Below are positions 39,500 to 52,915 of a stretch of DNA of 64,000 nucleotides, piece by piece (the first letter of the stretch is position 1; each line of letters starts with the position of its first letter). A program made the translations under genes and the position numbers. The notes beneath the pieces were generated by a model. The model was not told where the DNA came from, did not search any database, and saw only the letters and a program-made list of their open reading frames with translations. The DNA is from Mobula hypostoma (lineage: Eukaryota). The stretch spans positions 49,478,001 to 49,542,000 of the forward strand of contig NC_086108.1 in assembly GCF_963921235.1 (NCBI RefSeq). Direction: 5' to 3'.

Positions 39500-40460
39500 G
39501 CACTTCTGCCACAGTTACCCTCAACACCTGCTCCCTGCAAGTTTCAATTCTTGGCCTCTGTACACTCATGGCAGTGGCCCAATTCTGCACTTAAGTTTGC
39601 AGCTGACAACCCTATAGAGGGCTGGATCTGAAACAATGACAAGATGGAATATAGGAAGATAGAGAGGCCAGTGACATGGTGCCGTGACAACAACCTTTCT
39701 CTCAATGTCAGTAAAACAAAAGAGCTGGTCATTGACTTCAGGAAGTGGGAGGGAGTATATGTCCCTGTATCAGTGGTGCTGAGTTGGAGTTGGTTGTGCT
39801 TCAAGTTTGGAGGTTAACATATTGAGCCACATTGATGCTATGACCAAGAAAGCACATTAGTGCCTCTACTTCCTCAGAAGTTCAAAAAAATTCAGTATGT
39901 CCTCGATGACTCTTACCAAGTTTTACAGATGCCCCATGGAAAGCATCTTTCCTGGATGTATCACAGCTTAGTACGTCAACTGCTCTGTGCAAGACTGCAA
40001 GAAATTGCAGAGAGTAGTGAACACTGCCCACTACAACACACAAATCAGCCTCTCTTTCATCCCTTTGATTGACTCCATTTACTTCAGGAAAGAAACCAAT
40101 ATAATCAAGCACTCTTCCACCCCAGTGATTCTCTCTTCTTTCATCTCCTGTAGGGTGAAAGATTCAAGAGTTTGAAAGCGCATACCACCACGCTCAAAGA
40201 AAGCTCTTATTCCACTGTTATAAAATGCTTGAATAGACCTCTGATATGGTAGAGTTGATTTTTTGATCTTCCTATCTACCTCATTGAAGACCTTGCATTT
40301 TATTTATCTACCTGCACTGTACTTTCTCTGAAGATGTTATATTATTGGCATTCTGTTTCTTCTATTTTCGCAATGTACTTACGACTGGCATGATCTTCCA
40401 GACTGGCATGACAACAAATGTTTTCCACTGTATCTCAGTACATGTGACAGTAATAACAAA
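39500..40460 (+). mobile_element. Decayed Rex1/Babar LINE 3' portion
   Basis: KFAADN...WCRDNNLSLNVSKTKELVIDFRK; QDCKKLQRVVNTA. Confidence 0.8.
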
Positions 40461-42204
40461 GCCAAACCAAAGGATTGTTACATACAAATAATTCTCTCTT
40501 ATCGCACTAGGTCCGAGTGACCAGCAACTACTCAATCATCTCCAGCCTGCAGGGAATAACAGGGTCACAACGTACTGCCTATAAAACTATGTGGGTTGGT
40601 TATTTAGCAGTTTCATTCTTCCACCAGGAAATCCTGAAATATCACCCAGTCTAATATGGGATTGGAGACTGTCCAAGAGCATTTGGGGTCTGGGTCACAG
40701 TCATATGAAGTTGCTCTTGTTATTTTTCTCTGTTCAGTAAACAGAACAATCAAGAACAAATTTTTACCTCTTTAGCTTCTTGTATGTTTGTTTTATTTTT
40801 TGTCTGCCTGGTTATTTCCCCTTTTGTCTAGGATGCATCATGTCACGGCAGTTATATCATCTCCTGTTCACCACAGTACTTCAAAGGGCATTCTGTTCAG
40901 TTTCCTGTGCGTGGTGGTTGTATGTTTTATTTCCAGTCCTTCTCCCATTCCCCTTGCTCTGGTCCTTTTTAATTGTTGTTCATCTGCAAAATCTTCCTTT
41001 TCAGAGGAAGCTTTTGAAACCAGAAATGTTGACTTATGTTCCCTTGACAGATGATGTCTGACCTGCTGAATGACTGCAGCCCATTGTTCTTTTTGTTTTT
41101 AGAAAGTGGTTTGAGTTTCACTGATGAGGGACTGTTTAAAATATCACCTTTGACTGGCAAGATCGGGAAATCTTTACTCAGCTGTGCTGTTTAGCGTGTT
41201 TCTGTGAACTCCCCCTCAGCAGTATCAGGCAGGCAAATCTTTCCCTTACCACCAGTCTGTCTCAGAGACTTTCCCATGGGCTTTACTGCCTCCATTTCCC
41301 ATAACTATTCTTGTAATGGAGTAGGAGGAAGAAGAAATAAGAGCATATTTTGGATAAGGAGTGGCCAAGAGTAGCAAATCAATCATTCCTTGAGGAAGAT
41401 GACTCAGTATTGCACTGTGAAAAATGTCTCTGCATCCCATTACAAATTGATAGTAAAATGCTTCCTCAAATATGAAAAAATGTATCTTTTCATATTCCCA
41501 AAGAGGAAGCTGCTGACAGCCCGGATGAGCTACAGAGATCTTTGAATTTATATGGGGCCTGTCATGTTCTCTATCAGGAGATCCCAAATCACCATAGAGA
41601 CAATTAATTATTTTTAAAAATGTAATCATTGAAGTGGTATTGGAATTATTAGAAATACAAATACAGGTTAATATGTGAACAACAAATCTACGTCTCCTAC
41701 ATTTCCTCTTCCTCCCAAATTGCTTACAGTTATGTACAACTTGTGATTAAATGCCCAAGAAATACTGATTAACAGCGAAAGAAAACAGGCCAACACATCT
41801 CATGTTGACATCGAAAGGACAAATCAAATTGTTCTGGTTATAAAATTAATCAACAGGTGAATATTCTTCAAGTTCATTTTATCTTTTCTTAACAATTTGC
41901 AATTATTTCCCTTCTTTTGCAACAATTTGATGTTGCCATTATATAATGACATCACTCTGAATGCTTACCCCTCCTTCAGCTACCACTGGTTCAATGTGTG
42001 AATTCAGAGTTGACGTTGCATTTGTCTCCAGCCCCTCTCCTCCATCATAGACAGGACATGGTGGTGTTGGGATAGCACATTAATCGGATTTACTATGACT
42101 AAAAGTCGGATACTCTGACATGGACAGGGTAAGGCAGAGATTAGAACATTGCAACGCTGGAACACTTGCTCACGTATGAAACTCTGTGTGTATATCTGTG
42201 GGAC

Positions 42205-43147
42205 GAGCTAAGATGACACCAGTTTCTTCGATCTCATCTGCGAAACAGCTTAATTTCCTCTCTTGAGCGTCTTTTTTTCCAAGGTGGCTGGGCTTCTTTC
42301 AGTGTCTGTGGCCTGCAGCTGCACTGAAACAATGGTTTTCCACGGCGGATGAGACCCTGCTCAGCGACCGGCCGTTTTCCGACATTCTGTAGGGATGGCC
42401 TGGAAGACATGCACCTCTGGGGTAGGGCCCTGTGTGGCCCTGTGGGTGACCAATTGCATACTGCTGTCACTGACTGAGGCATCACGGAGAAGGAACATCA
42501 GAATTCCGCACTGGTGAATGCCACTGGCCACTGACAGAGGTCTCTGAATCAGATGCCCCCCCCCCCCAATGATGGGGAGCGTTCACTGCCGATTCTCGAG
42601 TTGGAGAATCTTGGAATGACAAGTGACGCAGCAGATCAAAATGTAACATCGTAACAGAGAATGCTTGTTAGTCTCCCCTCTCACTACGAAATGGTTGACA
42701 CCTTCTGTCCCTTGTAAAGAGAGAGAGAGAGAGAGAGAGCCACAAGAATTCAGAATCAGCAGAAAACTCTCCCCATCACTAAGAGAAAGAGAGAGGGGGA
42801 GTGAGTACAGAGACTTCCGTCAGTGGCACGTTGAAGTGTTGGGTAAACAATAGTTCTTCTTGACTGCAGATCATGGTCTCTCTTTGGGGTTTTGCTCTTG
42901 CTTGGTGGTTGGTGGGCTCTGACTCTATCTGCTAAGATGGGTAAGTGGGGAAGGGGGAGGTTGATGTTTTGCTGTTGCTTGTGTGTGGGAGAGGGAGAGG
43001 CAGATTTGGGATTCCAACTTCTTTTGTTGTTCATTCTTTTGAGTTCCCTTCTGTTTTTGTGGAGGTCTGTGAAGAGGAAGAATTTCTGATTGTATAATAC
43101 ATACATTCCCTGATACTAAAATGGGACCATTTGAACCATTTGATATT
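42205..43147 (+). mobile_element. Non-autonomous retroposon (about 940 bp), same 3' family as 1188-2015, with a (GA)n run
   Basis: Starts aagatgacacc (CpG-decayed AAGATGGCGCC); 3' 300 bp homologous to 1190-1500; ends ccatttgaaccatttga; (GA)n at 42718-42739. The 5' boundary is inferred. Confidence 0.6.
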
Positions 43148-45234
43148 TGAGATGAAACAGTTAAAAAGCAGCTCACTGGCTGTTTTTCCCCATGTTGTGC
43201 AGCTTCCAAGCAGAAAGTAAACCTTAGGTGGTGAAATCTAAAGATTGGATCAGATGGTTTTGTACTTTCCCAAGCATAGCTTTTTCCTCCATGAAGTTGC
43301 TGATTTTAAAAAGAACAATGAGCTTATAAAATATAAATAGGAAAACTGGTGACTGATCAGCATTTGCAATAGAAAGGTCAAATTGATGATTTGGTTCGGA
43401 TCTTTCATCTCACATCTCCAGCCATTCTGCCAAAACGTTTGTAGATGTTTCTGCAATTAACTCTATGGAATTTATTCCTGACTTCTTAAACTAGTTCAGC
43501 ATTTGCTCAATGCTGTAAAACTGATTTTCTAAGATAATATTTTAGGTAATCTTTTCTTACAATCTAAGCAAGATGGGTAGAATTTAGGAAGTTTTAATCT
43601 GCAGTCCAAATCTGCTAAATAGCAACAACACATGGACTATATCCACAAATATCTCCTTCTTCAGAGGCAGCCCTTAACTCTTAAACCACTCCTGGTTCAG
43701 CTCTCCTTACTTGAAATCCCAGCTCCTCTTACTTCCAATCTCCTATTCTTTAAAAGAGAATCACACGTTCAGCTTTAAGAGCTATTGTTATTACAGAGCC
43801 TCTTAAAAACAAGAACTAAATAATCAAGGGTTTGGGTTAGTTATAGGTTTGGGCCAAGGAAATTGAATGGCTAACAGCATGAATAGGACTCAAGTCTAGT
43901 AACAGGTCTGAGTCTCCTGGCTATTGCCTACATACTTGCATGTAATCGTACAGTTGCAGATGTATAAAATATAGAGATGAAAACTGCATGTAAGCTCAAA
44001 GAAATGCTTCTGATAACGGATTCATTATTCATTTACTGAGGGAAGTAAAATAGCTCATACCATATTCAGTGCAGTTTTCAAGAAAGGCTCTCGAAGATTC
44101 CTGGAATAGTCCAAACTCAATTTAGAGTAATGGATCTTGAATAGGTGTTGTAACTGTGAACAAAGTCAGTGGAGAGACATTGAAGCTGGTAGATATTGAA
44201 GTCTTGATTCAGCATTTGAGATACTCTTTGAAGAAGAGGCCTGCCTGCCCCAACATTACATGACATTTTTATATGCTAAAGATCAAACGTAACAGCAGGA
44301 CAAGTTTATAGTTACACTGTATCTACAATGCTTCCTTTGAATAACATACATTTTCAAATACCTCTGTCTTCACATCTACACTCCAGGCATCCAAAATGAA
44401 TGTTAATTCCTACCGACTCTGGGCTGCGTTTATGCATGTGCAGGCTTCTACGACCAAATGGCGTGTTTCTTAGTTTGCAATCAACCCTCAAAATGCAGCT
44501 CCAGGAAGATCATTGTCAGAGCTGCGGTTTAAATTCAATCAACAATTCTCGTTCATGTATTCATATAAACCATAACTCCAGAACAGGTGGCATAAGAATC
44601 TCTGAAAAGGTCAGTAACCGAAGTTGATTGGGACTGTCTATAGATACTTTCTATTTGAACATCCAATTGACATATGCTATCTTTCCACACAAAATTAAGA
44701 GAAAATTGCTAAAGAGAAGGATTTGAGTCTTCAGAGGTACCACAGCCAATGGGAAGTCTCTGATGAATAGTGTTTAAGAGGCTTAGACATCACAGCTGTG
44801 CAATTCAACAAAGAAGTTTTCAGCCACACCTCTGAGTTTGGACTACTCTCTGTATGGAGGTCAAGGTCATTTGTGCACCCCAAGATATTTTCAAGCAGTT
44901 GCAGCAGATCTCTGCTGCCCCTTCCAATGTGCTGCTTACTGCTATGCCATTCAGGATTGGGCAGTGGGAGCTTCCAGAGAATAAACAGCTATGTACTGCA
45001 CTCAAATGCCCACAAAATATGGATTATTTTTCACATCCGGGGTGTCACATTAATAATGAAATTCACTATCACTTCTAGAGCACAACGTGATCAATTGATG
45101 AAAAATGAATTTGTAAAACAAAATCTCAGACCTGATACCAAACTCGTTTTCCCCCATCCTGTCCAGACTCATCCTGTATCTCAGGGAAAGTCGCTTTAGC
45201 CTGTAAACGCACTGCTCAGCAGAGACGTCTAGAT

Positions 45235-45720
45235 TGGATATGGTGCCTTCGAAAACTTGCTGGGATGTTTATGGTTGATTATGCCATTGCCTCCTTCTCA
45301 GTGGCTGATCTATCAGGTTGCCATGGTTTATGCTTTCCTATGTGCTTCTGAGACCTTGACTACTTACAACAGGTACCTCAAGACACTTCAAAGATACCAC
45401 CAACACAAAATTTGGTGAACAATAAACCAAATAATATTAGTTTCCTCTCCCAGGAAAACATCCCCGACATTAAGTTCCTAATTACATTCAGTTATCTCCA
45501 ATGGGTGGATCACGTCACCCAAATGCCCCACACCAGACCTCCGGGACAGACAATCTATTCAGAAAGCTGTCACAGAAAGAGATTATTCAGAAAAAGAGAA
45601 GAATCAAGGATGTTCTTGAAGCCTCCTAGAAAGATGTGCAACATTCCCACTGACTCCTGGGAACTTTTGGCCCACTGTTGCTGAAAGTAGATAAGTAGAA
45701 TTCATGATGCCATTGAGAAT
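45235..45720 (+). mobile_element. Decayed RTE LINE fragment
   Basis: Residual L.ASETLTTYNRYLKTLQRYHQ and LQWVDHVTQMPHTRPPGQTIYSE, matching RTE motifs LRW.GHV.RM...R.P..I.YSE. Confidence 0.65.
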
Positions 45721-48098
45721 CGAGTCTTACTACAGCTTCCACATTTCCATCTCAATCTCTCCCTTGTCTCTGTCTACTCCATGGCAGCCATGATGTCTGG
45801 CGAAATCTGGAGCGTACTTTTAAGGGTGACAAATTTTGTTGGTTGCCACTCAAAGTATTGGGAGTTGCTTGGTTAAAGGAAGTCCCATCAGGAATCATGC
45901 AGGTCCACTCTCAAATGCTTGCTTCTGAAACATGTATAATTCTGCAGGAAGACCTTCAGCCATAGTGAAATCAGGAATGCTTTGTTTGCTTCTCTAGTGC
46001 AGCTTGTAAATTACCACAATGGTGCTTCCAACAAGATTTTGGCCAAGTCCAAAATCTTCCATGAGGAGGCTGTTCAGGCATCAGTCTCAAATGTTATTAT
46101 GCAACAAAAAAGCCAAAATCTAATTGCTAGGAAAATTTGATTCACTAGTGTTAGTCGAGTGATTAAATATTGTCAGGTAAACTGAGGAGTTCTCTCCTAT
46201 TCTTCATCAGGTCAAAGGGAAACAAGATATTACCAAAAAGAGAAAGGAAAGCATGATGAAACATTTGCTTGACCTCAAATAATTCTGTAGCTTTGAGATT
46301 TTGGGAAAGGAATGTGTTAAAGTAAGAATCTGAGCAATGATTTGAACAGATTGATGATGTGGAGAAAAGAACAAATTGGTATTAATATAGTACTCTGTAA
46401 CCTTCACATTTTAGGAAAGTTTTGACAAGTAAGTTCTCTTCAATATGTTTAAAGGAAAAGAGAGGGTAACACAATATTACACACCCCCACACACAGCTGG
46501 TTCAGATAACTGGTATTCAGCGTGGATCATCTGGTTAATAAACCGTGGAGCTTGCTGAGAATCATTGTGGGCGTTTAGGAAATAAATTACTGGGGTCATG
46601 TTTATTTTCAATTTCCTTAACAATATAACTTCTTTTCCCCCTCAAAGTTCATCCATTCCCAGGGTCCAGCCATTTTGGTATTAAATAGGAGTTTGACTGG
46701 CGAATGGGTCCCGCCTCAGAACATGACAGCAGCAGGAAGAGGAGTAGGTGCCCAAACGAGCACTCAAGCCTGTTGCTATAAACAGGTTTGATGGCATAAA
46801 TGAGCTGAGGACACCATCTGGGGCTATGTCAGAGAGCTACAGTGTCTCCTCTGCAGCCAGAGATCTAGTGCTCCAATCTACTACTACCGAGCAGATCTGA
46901 CGTACAAAACAGCATCTCATTGGCATCGTCACTGCGTCAAGAAGAAGATCCCTTTCCTCATCACAGCTTACTCACATGAGAGCTCCTGATGTGGCTGGGA
47001 CAAGCCCCAAGATTTGCGGTGCAAAGAAGGAATTGGAGGTTCATACCCTAAATGAAAGAAAAACGAAGATTCAAACCTATAGCTAAGTTGCTTAATTAAA
47101 GCATTCTTTCCCAGGCCAATTACTAGTAGTCAATCAATTGGAAGTGAGGTGAGACTGATGACTCCCAGTAAACTGTCATATAGCACACTAAGTAAATTTA
47201 ACCTGTAAACAACTTAATCTATTTAACGTATGAACATATTTTAAAAATCAGACAAGACAAACAACAGAAACTTCTCCCAATAAAAAAATATTTCATTATG
47301 ATTCGCTTAAATTAATGAAATCAATCTCAGACAGGTACAGCAGTTTATTTATCAAACATGTTTGAGAGGAGAGTTACTCAGTTATTTCCAATGTGCCTGG
47401 ACTTATCATTGTCACCGTACACAGCCATCTTGGTTCCTTTAATGTGGAAGATGAAGCATGTTCAATGCTAGAGAGAGTCCACACTGATGGATGGTAACTG
47501 AGTCTGCTGTAATGACAAGTATTTGGGCAAGCAAGTTGACAGAGTTCTCTGATTGAAGACAATTTACAATTAATGTGATCAGTTCTACTCACTGAGGTAA
47601 AACAGAAAATAAATAAAACAAGATGATCGATATTGCATCATAAATCAGCTAGCAATTAGGTCTACATAGTTTATGGTTGTTACTGGAGTTTGAAGGTTAA
47701 ATTACTATCTTGAATTCTCGGCAGCCTTGCACTTATTTTTATGCTCTATATTACATATTTAGTACTGATAGTTTTACAGTAATAGGATAGGATTGTGTGT
47801 TTCATCATATGCTGGCTCTGTCTGGTCACATATACACTGACAGTTCTCTCAAAGTCATTATGCCTAATATCATTCAACTTGTGTGAATAACTACTTATGA
47901 TAGTACTAGGAGATAAGGCTTACAGAAAAATCATTCATGGAAATAATACAACCAGAACACGTCATGTTGCAATCATTCAATGACTGGTTGTTACCACCAT
48001 GTAACATTCATCTCCTAGTCAGACGGTTTTGGTTTCAAGTCTTACTCTGAAGTTGCTTAATTAAGGCAACTTGGGATTTAAGACTTCAAACCAAAATA

Positions 48099-49672
48099 CA
48101 GTTCCTATAAAAAGTATTCACCACCCCCCCCCGCCAAAGTTTTCATGTTTTATTGTTTTACAGTGGATTTAATTTAGCTTTTTGTGACATGATCAACAGA
48201 AAAAGACTTTTGTGTAAAAGTGAAGACAAATCTCTACAAAGTGATGTAGATTAACTACAAATATAAAACACAAAATAATTGATTGCATAAGTATTCATCC
48301 CCTTCATGTTGGTGTTTAGCAGATGCACCTTTGGCAGCAATTACAGCTTTGACTCTGTGTGGATAGGTCTCTATCAGCTTTGCACATCTGGACTCTGCAA
48401 TTTTTCCCCATTCTTTTTTATAAAACTACTCATGCTCTGCCAGATTGCATGGGGATCATGAGGGAACAGCTCTGTCTAAATCCAGCCACAAATTCTCAGT
48501 TGGATTGAGGTCTGGACTCTGACTTGGCCACTCCAGGACATTAACTTTGTTGTTTTTAAGCCATTTCTGTGTAGCTTTAGCTTTATGCTTGAGCTCATTG
48601 TCTTGCTGCAAAACAAACCTTCTCCCAAGTCATCGTTCTCTTGCAGATTGCATTAGGTTTTCCTCCAGGATTTCCCTGTATTTTGCAGTGAAACATCCTC
48701 ACAACATGATGCAGCCACAACCATGACGCACCTTAGGGATGGTGTGTTTTTGATGATGATGAGCAGTGTTTAGTCTGATGGCCAAAAAGCTCAATGTTGG
48801 CTTCATCAGACCATAGAACCTTCTTCCAGTTGACTTCAGAATCTCCTGCATGCTTTCTGGCAAACTTTTATTGAGATTACATGAAAGTTTTTTCCAACTG
48901 TGGGTTTCTCTTTGCCACTGTCCCATAAAGTTGTGACTGGTGAAGCACCCGGACAACAATTGTTGTTTGTGCAGTCTCTGCCATCTCAGCCACTGAAGCT
49001 TGTAACTCCTCCAGAGTTGTCATAGGTCTCTTGGTGGCCTCCCTCACTAGTCCCCTTCTTGCATGGTCGCTCAGGTTTTGAGGATGGCCTGCTCTAGGCA
49101 GATTTACAGCTGTGCCATATTCTTTCCATTTCTTGATGATTGACTTAACTGTACTCCAAGGGATATTCAGTGACTTGGAAATTTTCTTGTATCCATCTCC
49201 TATATCGTGCTTTTCAATAACCGTCTCATGGAGTTGCTTGGAGTGTTCTTTCGTCTAAATGATGTTGCTTTTGCAGGATACTGACTTACCAGCAGTTGGA
49301 CCTTCCTGATACAGGTGTATTTTTACTACAATCAAATGTAACACCTTCACTGCACACAGATCTCCAAAAACAGATCTTTATTTAACTAATTATGTGATTT
49401 CTAAAACCAGCTGGCTGCACCAGTGATGATTTGGTACGTCACTTCAAAGGGGTGGGGTGGGGTTGAATACTTATGCAATCAATTATTTTGTGTTTTATAT
49501 TTGTAATTAATTTAGATCACTTTGTAAAGATCTGTTTCAACGTTGACACAAAAGAGTCTATTCCTGTTGATCAGTGTCAAAGAAAGCCAAGTTAAATCGA
49601 CTGTAATTCAATGTTGCAAAACAATAAAACATGAAAACTTCTAAGGAGGCTGAATACTTTTTATAGGCACTG
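48099..49672 (-). mobile_element. Tc1/mariner DNA transposon, IR/DR type, full-length but decayed
   Basis: TA dinucleotides at 48097-48098 and 49673-49674; about 200-bp TIRs (cagttcctataaaaagtattca / tgaatactttttataggcactg) each with an inner direct repeat gcataagtattca. Confidence 0.93.
48315..49260 (-). pseudogene. Tc1 transposase pseudogene
   Basis: Remnants [71 protein letters not shown]; internal deletion near 48690 and frameshifts. Confidence 0.88.
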
Positions 49673-50292
49673 TAACATGGCCAACACTCAGTGCACTATC
49701 AAAGCTCCATCTTTAGGTGCAAAATATCTCAGAGACACACTGTTGAAGAATAGAAGGCAAGTTATCCAGAGTGTCATAAATCCATCAGCCAATATCAACC
49801 ACCCGACCAACTGGTTATTATCACTGCTGTTTGTAATGCTGGGTGCAGATAAGCTGTTGTATTTTCTACAACTGTGAAATTCCTACAAATTTCATGACCT
49901 CTGCTGGTGATATTAAACCTGATTTTGATTCTGAAAACTGTGACTTCAGAAGTACTTCACTTGCTGTAAGGAGCTATGAGAAGTCCCAAACCTGTGGAAA
50001 AAGCTACAGTATATAAATGGAAGTCTTTCTCTTCAGAGATTAGATATTGTAGAAAGCTCTATTAGTTCTTGATGACTTAATTTTAAATTAATATGGCTCA
50101 CTCATACATCAAAGTCAAATTCAGAGTGCTGTAAAGAATGGAGCTCACACACAAACCAGAGTAGCTCACATCATCATAAAATCTCACTGACAAAAAGCAC
50201 ACAATTTCCCTCAAACCAGGAACAAGGTGTCTGGGTATAATGTGGCAAAACTCAAGGAACCTAATTCAGATATTAAAACTAATTTAGTATCT

Positions 50293-52915
50293 GAATTAGC
50301 TTCTTTGATTAGCATACCCAAACCGAAAGCTATGGATGAACCAGGAGATCTGTGGTCTGCTGAGGGCTAGGTTTGTAGTTTTCAAGACCAGTGATCCAGA
50401 ACCACACAAGAGGTCTAGGTATGACCTACGGAAGGCTATTCTAAGAGTGAAGAAACAATTCTGATTGTATTTAGAGACAGAATTGGATGCAAGTTTGCTC
50501 TGGCAGGGTTTGCAGGCCATTACTTCCTACAAGACGAAACCTAACATCATGAATGGCTGTGTTGCTTCACTCCTAAATGGGTTCAATGCCTTTTACACAT
50601 ACTTTGATAGGGAGAATAAAACTACAGCTGTGTGAATCCCTGCAGCATCTGGTGACCCTGTCATCTCTGTCCTAGAGGCAGGTGTCAGAACATCTTTCAA
50701 GAGGATGAATGCCAGCAAGATGCCAGCCCTGGATGATGTACCTGGTAGGGCTCTGAAAACATACAGAAACCAACCGGCGCGAGTGTTCAAGGACATCTTC
50801 AGTCAATCACTACTGCAGTCAGAGGTTCCCAATTGCTTCAAAAGGGTGTTAATCATGCCAGTGCCCAAGAAAAGCAGGGTGAGCTGCCTCAAAGTTCAAA
50901 GTTCAATGTAAATTTATTATCAAAGTACGTAGATGTCACCACATACAACCCTGAGATTCATTTTCTTGCAGGCAATCACAGTAAATACAAGCAACACAAT
51001 AGAATTATTGAAAGACAACAACCAACAGGGCAGACAACAACCAATGTGCAAAAATAAAACACTATGAAAATACAAAAAGAGAGAAAAAAAAATAATGTTA
51101 ATAAATAAATAAGTAATAAATATGAAGAACATGATATGGAGAGCCCTTGAAAGTGAGTCCAATTCAGTGGGAACAGCTCAGTGATGGGGCGAGTGAAGTT
51201 ATCCTCTCTGGTCCCAGCGCCAGATGATTGAGGGGTAATAGCTGTTACTGAACAAGGTAGTCTAGGTCCTGAGGCTCCTGTACCTTCATCCTGGTGGCAA
51301 CAGTGAGAAGAGAGCATGGCCTGGATGGTGGGTGATGTGATTTTCCGTGACAGACTGGGCCATATCCATTACTTTTTAGGTATTTTTCATACCAGGCTGA
51401 GATCCAAACAGTCAGTTTACCCTCTATCGAATCTTGCAAACTTCTAAGAAAGTAGAGGTGGCGCTGTGCTTTCTTCATAATGGCACTTATGCGCTGGGCT
51501 CAGGACAGACCCTCTGAAACGAGAAAACCGAGGAATTTGAAGTTGCTGGCCCTCTCCACCTCTGATCCCCTGATGACTGATTGACTCATGGACCACTGGT
51601 TTCCTCCTGCTATAGACAATAATCAGCTGCTTGGTCTTACTGGCATGGAATGAGAGGGTGCTGTTGTGACAGCACTCAGCCAGATTTTCAATCTCTCTCC
51701 TATATGCTAATTCATCACCACCCTTGATTCAGCCTGTGGCAGTGGTGTCGATGATTATCACCCAGTTGTGCTGACATCTACTGCAATGAAGTGCGTTGAG
51801 AAATTGGTCATGGCCGGGATCAAGCCCTGCCTGAGCAAGGATCTGGACCCACTGCATTTGCCTAGCACCACTGTAGATCTACAGTGGATGCAACTTCACT
51901 GGTTTGCCCCTCGGCCTTGGACCACTTGAACAACATCGGGCTGCATTTTATTGATTATGGCTCAGCATACAGTTCTAATCAACAAACTTCAAAGCCTGGG
52001 CCTCTGTCACTCCTTTTGACTTCCTCATTGGAAGACCACAGTCAGTCCAGATCAGAAATACATCACCACCTTGCTGACAATCAATCCGGTGCACCTCCAG
52101 GATCTGTGCTTAGCCTACTGCCCATCTCGCTCTATAATCATGACTGTGTGGGCAGGCACAGCTCAAGTGCCATCCATAAATCTGCTGGCAAGACAACTAT
52201 TGTTGGCAGAATTTCAGATGGTGATAAGGAAACGTACAGGAGTGAGATCGATCAGCTGGTTGAGTGATGTCGCAACAACAACCTTGCACTCAGTTTCAGT
52301 AAGACCAAGGAATTGATTGTGGACTTCAGGAAGTGGAAGTCAAGGGAACACACACCAGTCCTTATCGGGGGATTAACAGTGGAAGGGGTTTCAAATTCAC
52401 AGCTTCAAGTTCCTGGGTGTCACATCTGAAGATCTATCCTGAGCCCAACATATTGATGCAATTACAAAGAAGGCACAACAGCTGCTCCTTTATACTTGGT
52501 TAGGAATTTGAGGAGATTTGGTATGTCACTAAAGACTCTAGCAATTTTTTTGCAGATGTATTGTGGAGAGCATCCTAACAGGTTGCATCACTGTCTGGTA
52601 TGGAGGGCCAGCTGCACAGGATCTGAAAAAGCTGCAGAAGGTTCAAACTCAGCCAGCTTCATCATGGGCACTGTCCACGCCCCCCCACCCCCCAGTAACT
52701 AGGAAACCTTCAAAAGGCGATGCCTCAAAAGGGTGGAATCCATCATTACAGACCTCCATCACCCTAGACATGCCTTCTTCCTCACATTGCTACCATTAGG
52801 GAGGAGGTACAGGAGCCCGAAGACACACACTCAGCATTTAGGAACAGTTTTTTCCCTTCTGCCATCAGATTTCTGAATGGACAATGAACCAGCTCATGGA
52901 CACTACCTCACTGTA
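50293..52915 (+). mobile_element. Long Rex1/Babar LINE fragment split by an antisense Rex1 insertion
   Basis: PVPKKSRVSCL (50860-50890) continues as DYHPVVLTSTAMKCVEKLV at 51752; RT and C-terminal motifs continue to about 52880. Confidence 0.88.
50893..51750 (-). mobile_element. Rex1/Babar 3' portion nested antisense in another Rex1
   Basis: MKKAQRHLYFLRSL; (ctttgaa)n tail at 50890-50906. Confidence 0.85.

Noticed and set aside
46895..46945. Promoter-like cluster (TGACGT, ATTGG, TGCGTCA)
   Set aside because: Only three short motifs with no CpG island or other support; could be chance.
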